Shown in pieces: positions 57,633 to 64,000 of a DNA stretch of 64,000 bases. The translations under genes and the position numbers were made by a program. The notes under the pieces were generated by a model that was given only the letters and a program-made list of their open reading frames with translations, did not search any database and was not told where the DNA came from. Origin of the DNA: Halobacteriovoraceae bacterium (GTDB lineage: Bacteria; Bdellovibrionota; Bacteriovoracia; Bacteriovoracales; Bacteriovoracaceae). Where the stretch lies: positions 448,001-512,000 of the forward strand of contig CAVRCF010000005.1 of assembly GCA_963719505.1 (NCBI GenBank), written 5' to 3'. Position 1 is the first letter of the stretch. The number at the start of each line of letters is the position of its first letter.

Positions 57633-60200
57633 TTACAAGCCCGTTAGATTTTTCGATACGATTTCATAGGTGTCTTTGGACAAGTTTGCACCCATAAGCC
57701 TTTGTAATTCCTGCTTTAATAATTGAGAACGATGGGAATCGAGCTTTGATCCATGATTGAGCAAAGTCGCCATTCTTGACGCCAATGAAGGATTATACTT
57801 ATCAGTGACAAGGATCTTTGTTGCAAGATGCTTATACCCACTTCCATCAATAGCATTAAAAAGGGCTGGGTTTCCACCAATAAAGCCTCTGTTGACCGAG
57901 CGCACGAGGTTTGGAACTTTAGGGTTATAGATGGGTAAATTCTCAAGAGCGATGATATCTTCTATTGTATTTTTTGGGTCGGCCGCTAGAGTGACAAGCC
58001 ACTTTTGCATGACAAGTGTCTCTTTATTCCATTTTTCATAGAATTTTTTCGCCATCCCCTCTTTCGCTTTAGGAAAATAATTAACAACACAATTGAGGTA
58101 CAGCAATTCATCGTTCATATTGTTTACATGACTAGAAGCTTCCTCAATGAGTTTCAAAATCTCGTCTTTACCTGTGGCACTTAGGTAGCTCAGGGCGACT
58201 TTCTTCAGAGACCTTGCTCCCATACTTTTGGCATCGAGCTCAAACTTATCAGAAACCATGGCCTTATAAATGGACATAAATTCTGAATAGTAACTAGTGG
58301 CAAGCTCCGACTTTAAAAACTTAAGGGCTTCTTTTACATTTTCATAGTCATGAATGGCCAATTTTTGATTGAGCTGCATTTGACTAGGTAGACTTATAGC
58401 AAGTGCTCTAAAGGCATCATCCAGATTCTCGTTCAATAAAAGAGCTCCAAAGGCCTCTTTAAAGTCTTTGTTGACAGCGAGTTGATCCCGGGCCTTCAAC
58501 TGAGAAATAAGGTTCAGGGTTTCGTTGAAATAGAGTTTAAAAGCCGCATCATACTGATTGAAGGGATCTAGGTCATAGGCCATTCTTACCATAAGGTCCT
58601 GTCGTGTGGACTCATCTTCAACGATCACCGGGGCACTGAAATTAGTGTTCCAAGAGGTTATTGGCTTTGAAGGAATATTTTTAAAGCTAAATGTCTCAGT
58701 TTTCTTCGTGAGTTCAACTTGTTCTTTTAAAAGAAGTTTTCCATTTTGGTCATAAAGAGAAAAAGGAAAAGGCATATGTAGAGAGTCTCTCTCGTTATTC
58801 GTTTTTACGACCTGGTTAACAGTAAATGAAAACTCTCCATTTTTATAGTTCGACACAATTTTTAAAACAGGTGTTCCATTTTGATCATACCAAGTCTTAA
58901 AGTGTTCAAGATTTACACCCGAAGCATCTTGCATAGCTGCAACAAAATCCTCTGTCGTCACCGCCTGCCCATCGTGGCGCTCAAAATAAAGATCCATCCC
59001 AGCTCTAAAATTTTTTGGGCCTATAAGGGTATGAATCATCCGGATAACCTCAGCCCCTTTTTCATAAATCGTTGCCGTATAGAAGTTATTGATTTCAATA
59101 TAGGATTTTGGCTTTATTGGATGACTCATAGGTCCTGCATCTTCGGGGAATTGAGCAGAACGAAGGCCAGAGACATCTTCAATTCTCTTAACAGGTCTTG
59201 AAAGCATATCTGAAGAAAACTCTTGGTCTCTAAAAACAGTTAAGCCCTCTTTCAGTGTCAGCTGAAACCAATCTCTACAGGTGACTCTATTTCCCGTCCA
59301 GTTGTGAAAATATTCGTGAGCAATAACGGCTTCAATTCCTTGAAAGTCACTATCTGTGGCTGTCTCTTTCTTTGCCAAAACATAGCTAGAATTGAAGATA
59401 TTAAGTCCTTTGTTCTCCATCGCCCCCATATTAAAGGCATCGACGGCCACAATCATATAAATATCAAGATCGTATTCAAGACCAAAAGTATCTTCATCCC
59501 ACTTCATGGAATGTTGTAATGATCTCATCGCATGAGCACATTTGTCTTCATTACCATGGTCAACATAGATTTCTAAATCGACTTTTCTGTTTGATCGAGT
59601 TGTAAATGTATCTTTAACAAGAGCTAAATCCCCTGCTACCAAAGCGAATAGGTAGGCTGGCTTTTTAAACGGATCTTCCCACTTAACAAAATGCCTTCCA
59701 TCTTTAAGCCCACCCTCTTCAATTTTATTACCGTTGGATAAAAGAATAGGATATTTCTTTTTATCAGCAGAAATCCTTGTCGTAAATTTGGCCATTACAT
59801 CTGGTCGATCTTGATAGAAAGTGATTCTTCTAAAGCCCTCTGCCTCGCACTGAGAGCAAAATATATTGCCCGACTTGTATAAACCATCAAGAGTGAAGTT
59901 ATTTTGAGGCTCAATTTCAACAATTGTTCTTAGAACAAATTGATCTGCTTTAGGATTGAGAGTTAAAGTTTCATTCTCATAGGTATAGTCAACAACTTCG
60001 TGCTGATCAATTTCAATCTTTAAGATTTTTAGGTCAATCCCATCGAGAGTTAAATCATGCCTTTGAGTATACTCATCATTTCTCTCAATTTTTAAAATCG
60101 ATTCAACAATTGTTTTGTCTTCATGGATATCAATATTGAGATCAATGGTTTTAATCCAATAAAAAGGTCTTTGATAATCTGATAATTTAATTTCTTTCAT
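57633..60200 (-). CDS. pepN: Aminopeptidase N (M1)
   Basis: QCEAEGFR, GAMENKGLN, HEYFHNWTGNRVTCRDWFQLTLKEG. Confidence 0.96.
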   Translation of the reverse strand: MKEIKLSDYQRPFYWIKTIDLNIDIHEDKTIVESILKIERNDEYTQRHDLTLDGIDLKILKIEIDQHEVVDYTYENETLTLNPKADQFVLRTIVEIEPQNNFTLDGLYKSGNIFCSQCEAEGFRRITFYQDRPDVMAKFTTRISADKKKYPILLSNGNKIEEGGLKDGRHFVKWEDPFKKPAYLFALVAGDLALVKDTFTTRSNRKVDLEIYVDHGNEDKCAHAMRSLQHSMKWDEDTFGLEYDLDIYMIVAVDAFNMGAMENKGLNIFNSSYVLAKKETATDSDFQGIEAVIAHEYFHNWTGNRVTCRDWFQLTLKEGLTVFRDQEFSSDMLSRPVKRIEDVSGLRSAQFPEDAGPMSHPIKPKSYIEINNFYTATIYEKGAEVIRMIHTLIGPKNFRAGMDLYFERHDGQAVTTEDFVAAMQDASGVNLEHFKTWYDQNGTPVLKIVSNYKNGEFSFTVNQVVKTNNERDSLHMPFPFSLYDQNGKLLLKEQVELTKKTETFSFKNIPSKPITSWNTNFSAPVIVEDESTRQDLMVRMAYDLDPFNQYDAAFKLYFNETLNLISQLKARDQLAVNKDFKEAFGALLLNENLDDAFRALAISLPSQMQLNQKLAIHDYENVKEALKFLKSELATSYYSEFMSIYKAMVSDKFELDAKSMGARSLKKVALSYLSATGKDEILKLIEEASSHVNNMNDELLYLNCVVNYFPKAKEGMAKKFYEKWNKETLVMQKWLVTLAADPKNTIEDIIALENLPIYNPKVPNLVRSVNRGFIGGNPALFNAIDGSGYKHLATKILVTDKYNPSLASRMATLLNHGSKLDSHRSQLLKQELQRLMGANLSKDTYEIVSKNLTGL

Positions 60201-60211
60201 AGTATCACCTA

Positions 60212-61093
60212 TTAGGTATTAACAATTAGAGGGGTCCATTTGTCGATAAGAGGAGCAAATAAAAAAGCGAGCATACTAAAGTTTGTCGCCAAAAAAAACG
60301 GAAGCCAAGCAAGTTCACTCTTAGATTCATTCTTGACGTATTTAAAGAACAGCCAAACAACAATAACAGAAAAAGGCAAAACCATAGCAAAATAAGCATA
60401 ACCGAAGTCGACAAAGAAAGGAGACATGATGGCTAAAAAGGCATAGGCCCAAACATAAAATGATATGTGGAAGATGGTTTTATCCTTTCCTATAACCACA
60501 GGTAAAATAGGAAAATCAGCCGCTGCATAATCGTCTTTATAACGAATAGCAAGTGTCCAAAAGTGGGGCATTTGCCACAAGAACATTACCAAAAAAAGAT
60601 AAATACTCTCACTTGAAAAGATATTAGGGTTAACTGCTGCGTACCCTAGTGTACAAGGAAGTGCCCCTGGAATAGCCCCCGGAACAGCTGCAAACTTCCA
60701 CTTCTGCTTCCAGTGCATCGTATAGAAAATATTGTAAAGAGCAATAATAACAAGACCAATATAACAGGAAAGCGGATTAACAAAAAAAAGAATGATTGAA
60801 CCGACAAAAATATTACCTAGGCTTATGAATAAACCCTGTTTTCTTGTCAGCGCACCTGAAGGGATGGGTCTTCCCTGAGTCCTTGGCATTTTTGCATCAC
60901 GCTCTGATTCTTGAACTTGGTTAAGAGATAAAGATCCGCTGGAGATGAGAAATGTTCCAAGAATCATAGAGAGGAAATGCAAAAAGCTAAAAGAGTTTTC
61001 AATTTGAAAGCCAATGCCGTAACCCGCGATAGCGCTGATGACGACAAAGACCACGATTCCAAACTTAAAAAAAACCTTTAGCGTCTTTATCAT
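60212..61093 (-). CDS. ctaB: Protoheme IX farnesyltransferase (heme O synthase)
   Basis: DAKMPRTQGRPIPSG, GAIPGALP, LWQMPHF, DDY. Confidence 0.92.
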   Translation of the reverse strand: MIKTLKVFFKFGIVVFVVISAIAGYGIGFQIENSFSFLHFLSMILGTFLISSGSLSLNQVQESERDAKMPRTQGRPIPSGALTRKQGLFISLGNIFVGSIILFFVNPLSCYIGLVIIALYNIFYTMHWKQKWKFAAVPGAIPGALPCTLGYAAVNPNIFSSESIYLFLVMFLWQMPHFWTLAIRYKDDYAAADFPILPVVIGKDKTIFHISFYVWAYAFLAIMSPFFVDFGYAYFAMVLPFSVIVVWLFFKYVKNESKSELAWLPFFLATNFSMLAFLFAPLIDKWTPLIVNT

Positions 61094-61374
61094 TATCTAA
61101 AGAAAAGGTCTGAGTAACAAATTCCTGCAAGGAGAGCGACAAAGCAAAATGAAGAAAAGATAATAACTTTATTCATATTGTTGTCACCCTTTAGGTGCAT
61201 AAAATAAGCAAGTACTAAGGAAACCTTTATAGTCGCAATAAACATTGCCAATATAATATTGGCCGAACCAAGATCGACAAATTTTGCTGTATAAACAGTT
61301 AAAACGGTAAAGACTATTAATGTTAAAAATACGATCAAGTTTGTTTTAAATGGCATTACATGATGATGACCCAT
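61093..61374 (-). CDS. ctaF: Cytochrome c oxidase subunit IV
   Basis: 3 TM segments; IATIK..LV..YFMHLK. Confidence 0.88.
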   Translation of the reverse strand: MGHHHVMPFKTNLIVFLTLIVFTVLTVYTAKFVDLGSANIILAMFIATIKVSLVLAYFMHLKGDNNMNKVIIFSSFCFVALLAGICYSDLFFR

Positions 61375-61384
61375 TACAATCTCC

Positions 61385-62032
61385 TTAAATTAAATACATG
61401 AGTGGAAATAAATAAATCCAGATTAAATCGACAATATGCCAATATAAACCAACACCTTCAACGGCTGTGTAATAGTCTTTACTAAACTCTTCGTTTTTAA
61501 GACGTTTCATGAGCCAAAACATTAAACCAATACCAATCAGGATGTGAATCCCGTGCAGACCAGTCATAATGAAATACACCACCATAAAGAGTCTGAGGTT
61601 GTTTGTTTGAGCGTCATAGCTCCACATAGCCTCTGAAGGAAAAAGACCATGATGAATTTTTCCACTGTATTCAAAATATTTAATAACTAAAAAGGCGAAG
61701 GCACAAAGAGTTGTCACGACAACAAGCTTTAATGCTTTTTTATTATTCCCCAATTGTGTCTCTCTAACAGCTAATGCCATTGTAAAAGAAGAAAATAATA
61801 AAACGATTGTGTTTATGGCACCCATTTTCCAATCAAGAAGCGCTCCACCTTCAACCCATGAATCGTAAAATTTTCCACGGTACATAAAGTAAGCTGTGAA
61901 GAGTGCACCAAACATCATGACTTCTGTCGCCATGAAAAGCCACACGCCCTGCTTACCAGATTCGTGTTCTTGATCCATACTTTCGAAATGATGAGAGTGG
62001 TCTACTCTCCTATCAACCTTAGCGGTACTCAT
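61385..62032 (-). CDS. ctaE: Cytochrome c oxidase subunit III
   Basis: WLFMATEVMMFG, TGLHGIH, LYWHIVDLIW. Confidence 0.93.
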   Translation of the reverse strand: MSTAKVDRRVDHSHHFESMDQEHESGKQGVWLFMATEVMMFGALFTAYFMYRGKFYDSWVEGGALLDWKMGAINTIVLLFSSFTMALAVRETQLGNNKKALKLVVVTTLCAFAFLVIKYFEYSGKIHHGLFPSEAMWSYDAQTNNLRLFMVVYFIMTGLHGIHILIGIGLMFWLMKRLKNEEFSKDYYTAVEGVGLYWHIVDLIWIYLFPLMYLI

Positions 62033-63602
62033 AAGGACTCCCTGTTACTGTTGGTATTTCTTCAAAGTTTTCATGAATTGGAGGAGTTTGAGTCGTCCAT
62101 TCTAGTGTTGTCCCACCCCATGGGTTCTTCTCATCAGTTTTCTCACCTTTAAACATATCTCTTACAAGAATATAGATGGCAAATAAGAAACCTGCAGCGA
62201 GGATATATGATCCTATCGTTGAAGCCATATGGTAAGGAGCAAAAATACCATCATATGTATGATATCTTCTTGGCATCCCTTGAGATCCCATAATAAACTG
62301 AGGAATAAAAGTTGCGTTAAAGCCGATAAAAACTAAAACCGCAGCCACTCGCCCTTGCATCTCGTTGTACTTTCTTCCAGTCATTTTTGGGAACCAATAA
62401 TAAAGCCCTGAGAATAAACCTGTTAAAGCACCACCAAGCATTGTGTAGTGAAAGTGAGCAACAATAAAGTAAGTATCATGAAGATGGACATCTGTTGCAA
62501 AAGCCGCAAGAAAGAGTCCTGTTACTCCACCGATAGTGAAGTTAGACATTAAACAAAGAGTCCAAATCATCGGTGTGTCTAAACTAATCTGACTTTTATA
62601 AAGAGTCGCAATCCAGTTAAATAGCTTAATCGCCGTTGGAACACCTACAAGCATTGTTAGAATTGAGAAGATCGATGCCGCAAGATCAGACTGACCAGAT
62701 ACGAACATATGGTGACCCCAAACTAAAAATGAAATAAAGGCAATTGCTAAAGATGAAAATGCAATGGCTTTATAACCGAAAATAGTTTTTTGAGAGAAAG
62801 TTGCGATAACTTCTGAGACGACACCAAAGGCTGGAACAACCATAATATAAACAGCTGGGTGAGAATAGAACCAGAAAAAATGCTGGAATAAAACCGGATC
62901 CCCACCAAGATTTGGATCAAATATCCCAACTCCAAAAACTCTCTCTGCCGTAATAAGTAAAAGAGTAATCCCTAGAACCGGACTAGCAAGAACCTGCATA
63001 ATTGCCGTGGCATAAAGAGACCAAACAAAAAGCGGCATTCTCATCATTGTCATCCCCGGAGCACGAAGCTTGTGGATAGTAACAAGAAAGTTTAGACCCG
63101 TAACAATTGAGCTCATCCCCATAATAAAAGCACCTAGCACCACAAAAGTGACGGCGTCAGCAGACTTTGAAGAATAAGGAGTATAGAAAGTCCAACCTGT
63201 ATCAACCCCTCCCCAAAAGAGAGAAAGAAGAGCGATAAAAGCACCACCAATAAGGAGGTACCAACTCAAAAGGTTGAGCTTAGGAAAGGCAACATCTTTT
63301 GCCCCAATCATAATGGGAAGAGCGAAGTTTCCTAAAAGAGCTGGAATTCCAGGGACGATAACCATAAAAACCATCAGTGACCCGTGAAGAGTCATGGCCC
63401 TATTATATTCATTACCATTCATAAACATAGCTTCAGCTGTAAAAAGCTCAGTTCTGAGAAGAATAGCGAAAGCACCACCTAAGACAAAAAATCCAAGGAT
63501 AGTGTAAAAGTACATTAAAGAAATTCTTTTATGATCGATAGTTGTTAACCAAGACCAAATTCCTTTTTCACAATTTATGTAGTTTGTTCCAGGTGCAGAC
63601 AC
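62019..63602 (-). CDS. ctaD: Cytochrome c oxidase subunit I (type A2)
   Basis: DHKRI, GWTFY, FWFYSHPAVY, WGHHM, HDTY..VAHFHY, MPRR; GTG start. Confidence 0.96.
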   Translation of the reverse strand: MSAPGTNYINCEKGIWSWLTTIDHKRISLMYFYTILGFFVLGGAFAILLRTELFTAEAMFMNGNEYNRAMTLHGSLMVFMVIVPGIPALLGNFALPIMIGAKDVAFPKLNLLSWYLLIGGAFIALLSLFWGGVDTGWTFYTPYSSKSADAVTFVVLGAFIMGMSSIVTGLNFLVTIHKLRAPGMTMMRMPLFVWSLYATAIMQVLASPVLGITLLLITAERVFGVGIFDPNLGGDPVLFQHFFWFYSHPAVYIMVVPAFGVVSEVIATFSQKTIFGYKAIAFSSLAIAFISFLVWGHHMFVSGQSDLAASIFSILTMLVGVPTAIKLFNWIATLYKSQISLDTPMIWTLCLMSNFTIGGVTGLFLAAFATDVHLHDTYFIVAHFHYTMLGGALTGLFSGLYYWFPKMTGRKYNEMQGRVAAVLVFIGFNATFIPQFIMGSQGMPRRYHTYDGIFAPYHMASTIGSYILAAGFLFAIYILVRDMFKGEKTDEKNPWGGTTLEWTTQTPPIHENFEEIPTVTGSPYEYR

Positions 63603-63623
63603 GTGGACCTCCAGTTGTTTAAA

Positions 63624-64000
63624 TTATTTAAACGTTTTTAAGTATTCAATTATATAATCAATTTCTTTTTCAGAGAGTTGACCCGCAAACGAGTTCATTT
63701 TTACCCCTGCAAAACCTTCAACAATTTTTGCTTGTGGCATAAGAATAGATTCTCTGATGTATTCAGCATCAGCAATCGCCTCTGTACCATCTGTAAACTT
63801 TCTCTTCTTACCCCAAATTCCACCAAGACTAGGACCTACAAGAACGCCTTCACTTAGACGGTGACAACTTGTACAACCACGTCGACCAAAAAGTCTGGCT
63901 CCCAAGGCTATTGGATCTGAGATATTGGCTTCTTCAATCTCAAAATTTAACCATCTATTGAATCTCTCTTTAGTGACAACTCGAACAGTTGCTCTCATCC
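63624..64000 (-). CDS. ctaC: Cytochrome c oxidase subunit II, C-terminal part with fused cytochrome c (caa3 type); truncated by the window edge
   Basis: CTSCH, GPSLGG, YIRESI..P.AKIV.G, M; position directly upstream of ctaD. Confidence 0.88.
   Translation of the reverse strand, partial: MRATVRVVTKERFNRWLNFEIEEANISDPIALGARLFGRRGCTSCHRLSEGVLVGPSLGGIWGKKRKFTDGTEAIADAEYIRESILMPQAKIVEGFAGVKMNSFAGQLSEKEIDYIIEYLKTFK

Noticed and set aside
2407-62935. Numerous 60-150 aa ORFs nested in or antisense to longer genes (e.g. 2853-3296, 13888-14271, 37125-37487, 56893-57126)
   Set aside because: Shadow frames of well-supported genes with no motifs or RBS support

Overview
AT-rich bacterial chromosomal window. 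Gene content (prepilin-fibre proteins, RCC1/Ig-like lipoprotein, FHA proteins, caa3 oxidase, several sigma-28-like promoters) is most consistent with a predatory Bdellovibrionota (Bacteriovoracaceae/Halobacteriovorax-like); this assignment is inference. The left ~2 kb is the edge of an integrative element: tyrosine integrase, XRE regulator, repeated palindromes and a tRNA-3'-like fragment. It is followed by prfC, split at a +1-compatible TTT-TAA-C site, and by mostly housekeeping genes (korAB, uup, transketolase, rpmB, rpmG, lplA, pepN, type A2 caa3 oxidase). Three accessory blocks stand out. (1) 16.8-26.3 kb: two paralogous prepilin-headed fibre-like adhesins bracketed by paralogous FHA proteins, plus a large RCC1/Ig lipoprotein. 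(2) 30.6-34.4 kb: GT2, aldo-keto reductase, phosphorylase-like protein and SPL-like radical SAM. (3) 45.4-53.9 kb: three radical SAM enzymes (one apparently a domain-permuted version of its convergent neighbour, one fused to a degenerate GT2-like domain), a class-II glutaminase/PP-loop amidotransferase fusion, a GT2 and a polytopic membrane protein. Block 3 is the best candidate for an undescribed surface-glycan or glycolipid tailoring system. No rRNA, intact tRNA or CRISPR array was seen.
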